DNA of 16,858 nt from a virus. Below, piece by piece: positions 1 through 8,080 of this stretch. A program made the position numbers and the translations under genes. The notes beneath the pieces are model-generated. The model ran no database searches. It worked only from the letters and a program-made list of their open reading frames with translations, and was not told the DNA's origin. Every line of letters starts with the position of its first letter. Within the stretch, counting starts at the first letter, position 1. Where the stretch lies: the UHGV virus genome UHGV-0362799. One strand, given 5' to 3'.

Positions 1-102
1 CAAGAGCCAACGTAAGTGCCGGCAGGACCATCGCTTTGAAATCAGTGCTTCCATGTCATACAGGCTACACGCGCACGTCCCGCCTGTATTCACACCGCAC
101 TT

Positions 103-120
103 TGTCGCAGCGCTCCGACA
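103..120 (+). promoter_or_regulatory. Candidate late-promoter activator site (TGT-N12-ACA dyad, Ogr/Delta-type) upstream of gene O
   Basis: Sequence TGTcgcagcgctccgACA at 103-120, about 70 bp upstream of the O start codon. P2-family late promoters are known to carry a TGT-N12-ACA element centred near -55. No clear -35; weak -10 candidates lie near 155-175. Confidence 0.4.
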
Positions 121-187
121 ACACCACCGCATTGAGCGCGGGCCGCAGGGCCGCCATCATGAGCACAACGATATTCGAGGAGGCCGT

Positions 188-1054
188 ATGGCAGACAAGA
201 AACCTGAACGAAAAAAATTCCGCGTGGCCGTTTCCGGTCCAACCATCGACGGGCGCGAAATCAGTGGCGATATGCTGCGTGCCGCCGCGACTGACTACAG
301 CCAGGAGGTGTACGGCGCACGCGTCAATGTGGAGCACTGTCTTTCTTTTTTCCCCGGCGTGCTGGATGCGCTGGGGGATGTTGTTTCGCTGAGCGCAGAG
401 GACATCACTGACGGGCCACTGGCAGGCCGCACGGCGCTGTATGCCGAAATTGAACCGACTGAGCGCATGAGAAAACTGCTGGATGAAGGCAAAAAAATTT
501 ATTCCAGCATTGAGCTGCATCCGAAATTTGCACTGAACGGCAATGCATATGTGGTGGGACTGGCGATGACCGACACCCCGGCAAGTCTCGGCACTGAGCG
601 CCTGCAATTCGCCGCACAGCAGCGTGCGCAGGTGATGACGTTTAACAATCAGCAGTGTGAGCCGCCGCTGTTCACTGATGCTATTGAGGCTGAAATCATC
701 ACGCTGAACCAGCGCCAGAACGACGAAGGCGTTCAGTGGTTCGCGCGTGTCATGAACCTTATCAGCGGCGGGCGTAAAACGGACGGCGAACAGTTTGCGC
801 AGATGCGTGACGTTGTGGAGCGCGTGGCCTCTGCGCACGCTGACCTGCTTGACCGTTTCAACGCACAGGAGCGCCAGCGCGACGAAGACCGCGCACAAAT
901 CACCCGTCTGACCCGGGAACTGACCACGCTGCGTACACAGCTACAGGCACAGGACGGCGACCCGCATCAGCGTTTCTCCGCAACGGGCACTGACGCACCT
1001 GCTCACCCTGGCGTAACCGGCGGCGGTATTGCTTACACCGCCTGTGATTTCTGA
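188..1054 (+). CDS. O: Capsid scaffolding protein (P2 gpO family)
   Basis: ATG at 188 preceded by GAGGAG RBS; product begins MADKKPERKKFRVAVSGPTIDGREISGDML, about 288 aa, typical of gpO scaffold; sits immediately upstream of the major capsid gene. The six-frame ORF extends upstream to 53 but lacks an RBS there. Confidence 0.85.
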   Translation: MADKKPERKKFRVAVSGPTIDGREISGDMLRAAATDYSQEVYGARVNVEHCLSFFPGVLDALGDVVSLSAEDITDGPLAGRTALYAEIEPTERMRKLLDEGKKIYSSIELHPKFALNGNAYVVGLAMTDTPASLGTERLQFAAQQRAQVMTFNNQQCEPPLFTDAIEAEIITLNQRQNDEGVQWFARVMNLISGGRKTDGEQFAQMRDVVERVASAHADLLDRFNAQERQRDEDRAQITRLTRELTTLRTQLQAQDGDPHQRFSATGTDAPAHPGVTGGGIAYTACDF

Positions 1055-1063
1055 GGATTAACC

Positions 1064-2125
1064 ATGAACCTGACTCTTTCATCCACCACCCGCGGCGCTC
1101 TGGCGATGTACATGCAGCAGCAGGCGGGCATGAACAATGTTTCTCCAGCTGCGCTTGCCCAGCGTTTTAACGTTCAGCCTGCCGTGCAGCAGCGCATGGA
1201 AAACGCCATTCAGCTGAGCGACGAGCTGCTGCAAAGAATCAACGTCATCGGCGTGACCGACCAGAAGGGCGAAAAAGTCCTGATCGGCATCAACGGTCCG
1301 TCCGCCGGTGTGAACACCAGTACAAGCGAGCGCCGCGAGCCGGCATCACTCCACGAGCTGACGGCACGCCAGTACGCCTGCGAGCAAATCAACTACGACA
1401 CGTTCATCAGCTACGCGCAACTGGACGCGTGGTCCGCACACCCGGATTTTCAGGCACGGGTCAGCGCGCAGATTGCCCGCCGTGTCGCCCTTGACCGCAT
1501 CATGATTGGTTTCAACGGCACGTCCCGCGCCGTGAAGTCCGACCGCAGCAGTAATCCGCTGTTGCAGGACTGCGCCGTGGGCTGGCTGGAAAGCATCCGC
1601 CAGAATGCAGCCCAGCGCGTGATGTCTGATGTCACCATTACGGCACGCGATATGGACAACGCCGTCACCTACAAAGGCAAGTACAACAACCCGGACGCAC
1701 TGGTACAGGATGCTCGCTCATCCCTGCTGGATGAGTGGTACAAGGATTCATCCGACCTTGTGGTGATGATGGGACGCGACCTGTTCAACACGCTGCGCCT
1801 GCCACTCATTAACGCCATGAGTGCCGCCGCGCCGAACACGGAACTGATGGCCGGTCAGTTGATTACCTCCTCACGCCTGATTGGTGGTCTGCCGGTATAT
1901 CTCGCGCCGTTCTTCCCGGCAGATGCACTGCTCATCACCTCGTTCGACAACCTGTCCGTCTACTACCAGGTGGGAGCATTACGTCGTCTGATGCGTGAAG
2001 AGCCGGACTACAACCGCATCGCAACCTATCAGTCCTCCAATGATGCCTGGGTGGTGGAAGACTTCGGCAAGTGCGCCCTTATCACGGGGCTGAAACTGGC
2101 TGATGAAAGTAATCACGAAGACTGA
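1064..2125 (+). CDS. N: Major capsid protein (P2 gpN family)
   Basis: 353-aa ORF, RBS GAGGA upstream; size and position (O-N-M) match P2 gpN; sequence recalled as gpN-like. Confidence 0.9.
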   Translation: MNLTLSSTTRGALAMYMQQQAGMNNVSPAALAQRFNVQPAVQQRMENAIQLSDELLQRINVIGVTDQKGEKVLIGINGPSAGVNTSTSERREPASLHELTARQYACEQINYDTFISYAQLDAWSAHPDFQARVSAQIARRVALDRIMIGFNGTSRAVKSDRSSNPLLQDCAVGWLESIRQNAAQRVMSDVTITARDMDNAVTYKGKYNNPDALVQDARSSLLDEWYKDSSDLVVMMGRDLFNTLRLPLINAMSAAAPNTELMAGQLITSSRLIGGLPVYLAPFFPADALLITSFDNLSVYYQVGALRRLMREEPDYNRIATYQSSNDAWVVEDFGKCALITGLKLADESNHED

Positions 2126-2174
2126 TTTATCTGAACCACGGGCGGGCGCTGACCGCCCGTAAGAGGAGAGAACA

Positions 2175-2987
2175 ATGCTGACACCGGCACAGGCGCATTT
2201 TCAGCGCACGATGGCACAACGCGCCGGACTGACCGATGACAGTCAGTCACAAACGGTGCGCACGGCTCACGAACAAATCCTGCACCGCCTGCGACTGGCG
2301 CAGGCGCGACTGAAAGGCATTCAGTCAAAGGCGGCGAAAGCGGAACTGAAAAAGACACTGCTGCCGGATTTTTCCGGCTGGATTGACGGCACGCTGGAAA
2401 GCGACAGCGGACGCCAGGATGAGGTGATTGTCACCCTCATGGTCTGGGCCGTTGACTGTGGTGATTTGCCGCTGGCGCTGCGTATCGGTGAGTACGTGGT
2501 GCGTCATAACCTCAGCACACCGGACAGCTTCGGGCGCGATGCCGCCACGCTGCTGACAGAGGAAATCTGTAACCCGGTGCTGACGCTGGCAGGCACGGAC
2601 CAGGACGCGGATTTGTCCGGATACATCGCCCCGCTGGATACCCTCTGGAAAATCGTCACCAACCGGGATATGCCGGACGAGGTTCGCGCCAAACTCTGCA
2701 AGGCGTGCGCCTTTTCCCGCCGTGGTCTGACCGATGCGGACAGTATGGCTTCATCATTGAAACTGCTGCGCGAAGCGATGCACCTGAACCCGAACGCGGG
2801 CGTGAAACGCGAGATTGCCACGCTGTCCCGCGCGCTGAAAAAGCTGACCAGCAGTGATGGCGGGGAGAACAACGCGGAAAACAAAAGCACCGCGAAAACC
2901 GCCACCACGAAAACCGTGACGAAAAAGGCAGGCAAAAAGAGCGCCACAAAAGCCACTGCCACACGGAAAAGCAAAAAATCCGCGTGA
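2175..2987 (+). CDS. M: Terminase small (endonuclease) subunit, gpM family, with Lys/Thr-rich C-terminal tail
   Basis: 270-aa ORF with strong RBS AAGAGGAGAG; position after N as in P2; C-terminal about 40 aa is a low-complexity K/T/A-rich tail. Confidence 0.8.
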   Translation: MLTPAQAHFQRTMAQRAGLTDDSQSQTVRTAHEQILHRLRLAQARLKGIQSKAAKAELKKTLLPDFSGWIDGTLESDSGRQDEVIVTLMVWAVDCGDLPLALRIGEYVVRHNLSTPDSFGRDAATLLTEEICNPVLTLAGTDQDADLSGYIAPLDTLWKIVTNRDMPDEVRAKLCKACAFSRRGLTDADSMASSLKLLREAMHLNPNAGVKREIATLSRALKKLTSSDGGENNAENKSTAKTATTKTVTKKAGKKSATKATATRKSKKSA

Positions 2988-3110
2988 AATTCAGCTTTCA
3001 CGCATAACGACTTCGCCCCGGCGACAGGCGGCGCGGACGGTCACCTGGTTTTTAACTCCGCGACCTTCTGACCGTTCGCCCACCGCCTGACTTTTTAACG
3101 GAGGCTCGTC

Positions 3111-3605
3111 ATGAGCATGATTGCAAAACCCGGTATCACTGCCGCGACGGAGGATGTCGCGGACACGGACGACGGTGATGCACGCATCACCACGGACGAC
3201 TTCTGGCCGGAGACAGAACTGCGCGCGCTGCGCCTTGCCGTGCGCCTGCCCGGTCGCACCACCACGTCGCGTCTGATGCACGCGGCAACCGAAGCCGTGG
3301 CACACGTCACCGGTGAGCTGCGCAACTGGCAGACGCAGCAGATGAATGACGGATACCGCACGCTGGCGGACGTTCCGGCCTCCCGCGTGAACGGCGAAAG
3401 CGTCAACGTGCACCGCTTCCGCCTTGCGGTGTATGCCGCCACCCGCGCCCTGATACTGGAGCGCGTGCGCGATGTGGACACCACCGAACAGGGCGACCGG
3501 AAAGCGGACGCACTGGAAGCCCAGACCGGCGACCTCTGGCGCGACGTGCGCTGGGCCATTGCCGATATTCAGGGTGCACCGCGCATCTTTGCGGGGCTGT
3601 GCTGA
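3111..3605 (+). CDS. L: Head completion/stabilization protein (gpL family)
   Basis: 164-aa ORF, RBS ACGGAGG upstream; conserved position M-L-X; size matches P2 gpL (about 169 aa). Confidence 0.85.
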   Translation: MSMIAKPGITAATEDVADTDDGDARITTDDFWPETELRALRLAVRLPGRTTTSRLMHAATEAVAHVTGELRNWQTQQMNDGYRTLADVPASRVNGESVNVHRFRLAVYAATRALILERVRDVDTTEQGDRKADALEAQTGDLWRDVRWAIADIQGAPRIFAGLC

Positions 3606-3805
3606 TGAAGGTGAAGGCATTACAGGGCGACACCGTTGACCTGCTGTGCTTCCGGCACTACGGCACAACGCAGGGCGTGACCGAAAAGGTGCTGGCCGCC
3701 AATCCGGGGCTGTGCGGACAGATTTTTCTGGAGGCCGGACAGGAAGTGGAATTACCGGAGCAGGAAGAGAAAAAAACACGGGAGACGGTGCAGTTATGGG
3801 ATTAG
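3605..3805 (+). CDS. X: Tail protein X (small LysM-like protein)
   Basis: ATG at 3605 overlaps the L stop (TGATG); 66-aa product MKVKALQGDTVDLLCFRHYG... matches the gpX pattern (about 67 aa). The ORF track starts at an upstream GTG (3599). Confidence 0.75.
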   Translation: MKVKALQGDTVDLLCFRHYGTTQGVTEKVLAANPGLCGQIFLEAGQEVELPEQEEKKTRETVQLWD

Positions 3806-4089
3806 GTTTTTTTCGCAGTATTTACGACCACATCGCCTTCGCCGCCTCCGTCTCTGCGGTCACGATTGGCGCGATGACCATCAGCGAAAAAATCGCACTG
3901 GCCGGGCTGCTGCTGGGTGCGCTTTCACTCTTTCAGGGCTGGCTTCACCGCCGCCGCATGGAGCGTGCACAGGTACGCCGCAATGCGCTGATTGCACAGA
4001 TTCTGGCGCAGGCCGGAACGCGCGGGCTTCATGAAAGTGAACAACGGGCGCTTGCCGCACTGCAACGGGATAACGATGAAAAACATTAA
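3796..4089 (+). CDS. Holin, class II (two predicted transmembrane segments)
   Basis: Internal ATG at 3796 of the 3646-4089 ORF; 97-aa product MGLGFFRSIYDHIAFAASVSAVTIGAMTISEKIALAGLLLGALSLFQGWLHRRR... has two hydrophobic helices and a charged C-terminus; position X-holin-endolysin as in P2. Confidence 0.7.
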   Translation: MGLGFFRSIYDHIAFAASVSAVTIGAMTISEKIALAGLLLGALSLFQGWLHRRRMERAQVRRNALIAQILAQAGTRGLHESEQRALAALQRDNDEKH

Positions 4090-4618
4090 GCGATATGCCG
4101 CCGCCGTGATTGTGGCGCTGGGTGTCTCGCTGGCTCCCGAAGCACTGCGCACCTCACAGGAGGCACAGATAAAAATTGCCACGTGGGAAGACTGCCGCGC
4201 CACACCCTACACGGACATCGCGGGTATTGCCACCGTGGGCTGCGGCTCCACGGGGAACGTACAGAAACACCTGTACAGCGAACAGGAGGTGGCCCGCCGC
4301 TGGGTGAATGACATGCAGCGGGCGGAGAACTGCATTAACCAGAATTTTCAGGGAGCAGCCATGCCGCAGTCGGCCTTCGAAGCGATGACGGACGCGGCCT
4401 TCAATCTGGGCTGTTCCGGCCTGATGTGGTTTAAGGACCACAACGGAAAGCGCCAGCGCACCACCATCTGGAAACAGGCACAGACGCATAACTGGGCGCT
4501 GATGTGCACCCGCCTCACGGATTTTGTGAATGCGGGCGGGAAGCGCAGTCAGGGACTGGTTAACCGCCGCAGCGATTTTCGCGCCTGGTGTCTGCGGGAT
4601 GTGGAGAAACAGAAATGA
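4076..4618 (+). CDS. Endolysin, GH24 (T4-lysozyme-like) with N-terminal signal/SAR-like hydrophobic segment
   Basis: ATG at 4076 overlaps the holin end; catalytic-triad spacing E-8aa-D-5aa-T visible in ATWEDCRATPYTDIAGIATVGCG; N-terminal Ala/Gly-rich hydrophobic stretch YAAAVIVALGVSLAP. Confidence 0.8.
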   Translation: MKNIKRYAAAVIVALGVSLAPEALRTSQEAQIKIATWEDCRATPYTDIAGIATVGCGSTGNVQKHLYSEQEVARRWVNDMQRAENCINQNFQGAAMPQSAFEAMTDAAFNLGCSGLMWFKDHNGKRQRTTIWKQAQTHNWALMCTRLTDFVNAGGKRSQGLVNRRSDFRAWCLRDVEKQK

Positions 4619-5061
4619 GACTGACCACCGCCGCCGTTGTCGCCCTGTTTTCAGGGGCGCTGTATCTGGTGTCGCTGCGTCTGGCCTGGCAGGCAGGGCA
4701 TGAACGGGCACGTCGTGAATATCACGAACAGGCGCTGGCGGGAACGAATGCCGCCGTGGATGCACTTCATGCAGAACTCCGGGGCATCAGCGGCCTGCTG
4801 GCACAGGTCCGCGCCGCAGAGCAGCACCGGAATCAGGAAGGAGAAAAACGCCGTGAAGAGATACGCAACGCACTCCGGGAAAATCCGTGCGCGGCTGCTG
4901 CTGTGCCTGCCGCTGTTGCTGACCGCCTGCAACAGCGCGCCGCGCCCCGTCGTGGTCACTCAGACGCAGCACGCACCGCTGCAGGAAAGCCTGACACAGC
5001 CAACGCCGATCCCCTCCCTGCCCCGACCGCTGACGTGGGGCGGACTGGCCGTCTGGAGTGA
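4615..5061 (+). CDS. lysB: i-spanin (LysB/Rz-like)
   Basis: ATG at 4615 overlaps the endolysin stop (ATGA); N-terminal TM segment MRLTTAAVVALFSGALYLVSL followed by charged, coiled-coil-like region; contains the embedded +1-frame lipoprotein gene. Confidence 0.7.
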   Translation: MRLTTAAVVALFSGALYLVSLRLAWQAGHERARREYHEQALAGTNAAVDALHAELRGISGLLAQVRAAEQHRNQEGEKRREEIRNALRENPCAAAAVPAAVADRLQQRAAPRRGHSDAARTAAGKPDTANADPLPAPTADVGRTGRLE

Positions 5062-5146
5062 CCAGCTGCTGGACGCGCTGGAGAGCTGCAACGCCGACAA
5101 GGCAGCCATTAAAGCAACCGGACAACAACGCCGGATGCGACCGTAA
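4853..5146 (+). CDS. lysC: o-spanin lipoprotein (LysC/Rz1-like), embedded in +1 frame of lysB and extending past it
   Basis: GTG at 4853 with GGAG-type RBS; product (M)KRYATHSGKIRARLLLCLPLLLTACNSAP... has a signal peptide and lipobox LTAC, then a Pro-rich mature region; same embedded architecture as P2 lysB/lysC. Confidence 0.65.
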   Translation: MKRYATHSGKIRARLLLCLPLLLTACNSAPRPVVVTQTQHAPLQESLTQPTPIPSLPRPLTWGGLAVWSDQLLDALESCNADKAAIKATGQQRRMRP

Positions 5147-5155
5147 GGAGAAGTC

Positions 5156-5638
5156 ATGCTGAAAATGAACCGTCTGCGCGAAGCCCTCACCGCCTCATCC
5201 CGGTGGTGTCGCGCGAATCCGGAAAAACTCACCGTGTTTGCAGAAAGCGGAAGTATTGAGACCACCGGTGAAACCCCGACGTTTGTCTACCGTTACACGC
5301 TCGTGGCCTTCGTCATGGATTTTCCGGGACACATCGACGAACTGATGCTGCCGCTGATTGTCTGGCTCATGCACAACCAGCCGGATTTGCTGCTCAACCC
5401 GGAAAAAAACAGGGACGTTAAGTTTTCCGTTGCCGTCAATGACGACGACAGCACCGACCTGTTACTGGAAATTCCCGTGCGTGAACGCGTGAAAGTCTGC
5501 CGCAATGAACGGGGTGAACTGTATCCGGTGCACCTGCCGGAACCCCGCCCGCCTGCCGCACTGACGGGCACATGGGGGGATCTGATTGTTGAGGATGTGA
5601 CCTTTAAGGATTTGACCGATGAACACGACATCTCATGA
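5156..5638 (+). CDS. R: Tail completion protein (gpR family)
   Basis: 160-aa ORF with RBS AAGGAGAAG; N-terminus MLKMNRLREALT... resembles gpR; position after the lysis genes as in P2. Confidence 0.75.
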   Translation: MLKMNRLREALTASSRWCRANPEKLTVFAESGSIETTGETPTFVYRYTLVAFVMDFPGHIDELMLPLIVWLMHNQPDLLLNPEKNRDVKFSVAVNDDDSTDLLLEIPVRERVKVCRNERGELYPVHLPEPRPPAALTGTWGDLIVEDVTFKDLTDEHDIS

Positions 5639-6257
5639 ACCGGATGCGGTTTTTCGCGACATTCTGGACGGGCTTTCCGCCGCCGGACGGGCGCGCACGG
5701 CGCGGGCTGTCGGGCAGGCGCTGCGTCAGAGCCAGCAGGCACGTATCCGCGCACAGAAGAACGCAGACGGCTCGCCGTATCCGGCACGAAAACGGCAGGT
5801 GATGCACACCCGCCGTGAAGTGAAGTTTGTGTGGAACGGCGAGGTCCGCACGCTGCGCCAGTGGGGACACAAGCGTTACCGGAGAGGCCGCGCCATCATC
5901 GGGCGCGACCCTGACCGTGGCGGCGCGCTGAGGACGTTTTACCGTGATGATATTGAGCGATACATCGCTGTATCGTCCATGTCTGCCCGTCAGACCAGCA
6001 AAAAAAGCACGCCGATGTTCGCGCGTCTTCGCACATACCGCTGGTTAAAAATGCGCTCAGATGCGGAAGGCGCTGTTGTGGGCTTCGATGGCCTGGCGGC
6101 ACGGATTGCCCGCGTGCATCAGGCAGGGTTACGCGACGAGGTGGCTCCGGGCGTGATGACCACCTACCCGGTGCGTGAACTGCTGGGTATAACCGCAGCC
6201 GACGAACGCCTGGTATATGACACGATTATCCGCTCCCTGAGGAGTGCGGCACGATGA
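5619..6257 (+). CDS. S: Tail completion / virion morphogenesis protein (gpS family)
   Basis: ATG at 5619 with AAGGA RBS 8 nt upstream, overlapping the R 3' end; 212 aa (longer than P2 gpS at about 150 aa); position R-S-V. Confidence 0.7.
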   Translation: MNTTSHEPDAVFRDILDGLSAAGRARTARAVGQALRQSQQARIRAQKNADGSPYPARKRQVMHTRREVKFVWNGEVRTLRQWGHKRYRRGRAIIGRDPDRGGALRTFYRDDIERYIAVSSMSARQTSKKSTPMFARLRTYRWLKMRSDAEGAVVGFDGLAARIARVHQAGLRDEVAPGVMTTYPVRELLGITAADERLVYDTIIRSLRSAAR

Positions 6258-6835
6258 CAGCGGAAATCATGCGACTGCTTGCAAACATCATCCGCACGGG
6301 CGTGATTTTTGCCGTGGACGAAACCACGTGGCGCGTTCGCGTGCGCAGCGGAGAGCTGGAAACCGACTGGCTGCGCTGGAACACACCACGCGCGGGCGCA
6401 TTCAGCGTCTGGCTGCCGCCTGCCGTGGGCGAACAGGTCATGATTGCCTGTATCAATGGCGACCCCGCAACCGCCACCGTCATCGGCAGTCTATGGAGCA
6501 GCGAACATCCTGCGCCCGGCAGCAGCCTGACGGAAATCGTGGTCACAGCGCCTGACGGCGCGGTGTTCCGCTACGATGCGGACGCAGGCGCGCTGAGCGC
6601 CAGCGGAATCAGAACCGCCACCATTCAGGCCGGAACGGGCGTGACGCTGGACACCCCCACCGTCACCTGCACAAATCATCTGAAGACGGCAACGTTTGAG
6701 GTGACAGAAGGCGGAACCCTGAGTGGCAATATCTCGCACAGCGGCGGTGATTTCACCTCCAACGGTGTGACGCTGCACACGCACAAACACAGTGGCGTGA
6801 AGAGCGGCGGCGACACCACAGGAGGCCCGCAGTGA
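6254..6835 (+). CDS. V: Baseplate spike/assembly protein (gpV family)
   Basis: ATG at 6254 overlaps the S stop (ATGA), RBS GAGGAG; 193 aa; C-terminal HTHKH motif consistent with the metal-binding HxH apex of gpV-type spikes. Confidence 0.85.
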   Translation: MTAEIMRLLANIIRTGVIFAVDETTWRVRVRSGELETDWLRWNTPRAGAFSVWLPPAVGEQVMIACINGDPATATVIGSLWSSEHPAPGSSLTEIVVTAPDGAVFRYDADAGALSASGIRTATIQAGTGVTLDTPTVTCTNHLKTATFEVTEGGTLSGNISHSGGDFTSNGVTLHTHKHSGVKSGGDTTGGPQ

Positions 6836-7197
6836 GTGCACGTTTTCTGGGGATGAACCCCGAAGCCCCCGGCGCGCTCAGCGATACGGACCATCTGTGG
6901 AACAGCGTGAGGGATATTCTGCTGACACCGCTCGCCAGCCGGGTGATGCGCCGGGAATACGGCAGCCTGCTGCCGGATTTGCTGGATGCACCGATGAATG
7001 CCACCACCCGCCTTCAGTGCATGAGTGCCGTGGTGATTGCCCTGACGCAGTGGGAGCCGCGCATCGCCCTGAATGCCGTTGATATTCAGTGGGAGGCGGG
7101 CGGAAAAGCCGTTATCACTCTCACCGGCACGCTGACAGAAAGCCTGGAAACCGTACAGAACACACTGACACTCAGGAGCGACAATGCCAGCCGTTGA
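6832..7197 (+). CDS. W: Baseplate wedge protein (gpW / gp25-like)
   Basis: GTG start at 6832 overlapping the V stop (GTGA), RBS AGGAGG 7 nt upstream; product begins (M)SARFLGMNPE..., similar to the P2 gpW N-terminus MTARYLGMN; 121 aa. Confidence 0.85.
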   Translation: MSARFLGMNPEAPGALSDTDHLWNSVRDILLTPLASRVMRREYGSLLPDLLDAPMNATTRLQCMSAVVIALTQWEPRIALNAVDIQWEAGGKAVITLTGTLTESLETVQNTLTLRSDNASR

Positions 7198-8080
7198 CCT
7201 GTCGGAACTGCCGACACCACAGATTATTGAAACGCCGGATTTTGAAGTCATCCTGGCGGAGGTAAAAGAAGACATCATTACGTCATTTCCACAGACACAG
7301 CAGGCTGCCATCCGGTCAGCCATGGCGCTCGAGTCCGAACCGCTCACGGTCATTGCCCAGACTTTTGCGCTGCGTGAGTTGCTGCTTCGCCAGCGAATTA
7401 ATGAAGGGGCAGCGGCCTGTATGCTGAGCCATTCCACGGGTGACGACCTGGATAACCTCGCCGCCAACATGAACACCGCGCGGCTGGTCATCACTCCGGC
7501 CACGGATACCACGGAGGCCGTCATGGAAAGCGACACAGCCCTGCGGCTGCGTGCACAGTCTGCGTTTGATGGCCTCAGCGTGGCCGGCCCCACCGGGGCG
7601 TATGAATATTTTGCCCGCAGTGCCAGCGGTCAGGTGGCGGACGCGCGCGCAACCAGCCCCGCACCGGCGGAAGTCGTGGTGGCGGTGCTGTCCACAGAAG
7701 GCGACGGCACGGCGACCGAAGCACTCCTGACGATGGTCAGAAATGCGCTGAATGCCGAAGACGTTCGCCCGGTCGGTGACCGCCTGACGGTGCAGAGTGC
7801 AGAAATCATCCGGTATCAGATTGATGCCCGGCTTTACTTTTATCCGGGGCCGGAGTCGGAACCCATCCTGAATGCCGCCAGAAACAATCTGGAAACCTGG
7901 CTTGCCGAACAGGGCAAAATCGGTCGCGATGTGGCGCTCTCCGCCATCATGGCCGCGCTGCATGTTCAGGGCGTTCAGCGCGTGGAACTGACCAGCCCCG
8001 CACAGAATATTGTTATCAGTGATGTGCAGTCAGCGTACTGCACATCGTTCACGGTCAGCGCAGGGGGAACCAATGAGTGA
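7184..8080 (+). CDS. J: Baseplate assembly protein (gpJ family)
   Basis: 298-aa ORF, RBS AGGAG; size and position match P2 gpJ (about 302 aa). Confidence 0.9.
   Translation: MPAVDLSELPTPQIIETPDFEVILAEVKEDIITSFPQTQQAAIRSAMALESEPLTVIAQTFALRELLLRQRINEGAAACMLSHSTGDDLDNLAANMNTARLVITPATDTTEAVMESDTALRLRAQSAFDGLSVAGPTGAYEYFARSASGQVADARATSPAPAEVVVAVLSTEGDGTATEALLTMVRNALNAEDVRPVGDRLTVQSAEIIRYQIDARLYFYPGPESEPILNAARNNLETWLAEQGKIGRDVALSAIMAALHVQGVQRVELTSPAQNIVISDVQSAYCTSFTVSAGGTNE

Noticed and set aside
1-54. Possible 5' end of a divergent - strand gene (ATG at - strand position 54, reading MEALISKRW... out of the window; could be the terminase large subunit)
   Set aside because: Only 18 codons are visible, there is no RBS in the window, and an adjacent ATG in another frame stops after 5 codons; it cannot be supported from this window alone.
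53-187. Upstream extension of the scaffold ORF (start at 53)
   Set aside because: No RBS at 53; ATG 188 has a GAGGAG RBS and yields the conserved MADKKPERKK N-terminus; the extension overlaps the promoter region.
65-898. 277-aa ORF on the - strand overlapping the scaffold gene
   Set aside because: Antisense to a well-supported gene in GC-rich DNA, no RBS, Arg/Ala-rich composition typical of spurious reverse-frame ORFs.
2991-3779. 262-aa - strand ORF across the L/X region (and the similar 3095-3559 ORF)
   Set aside because: Entirely antisense to the gpL and gpX coding sequence; composition is a GC-frame artefact.
3646-3795. N-terminal extension of the holin ORF (start at 3646)
   Set aside because: The extension is Gly/Arg-rich, overlaps gpX in another frame and has no RBS; the internal ATG at 3796 gives a typical holin.
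6676-7593. 305-aa - strand ORF overlapping V, W and J
   Set aside because: Antisense to three syntenic baseplate genes; no independent support.
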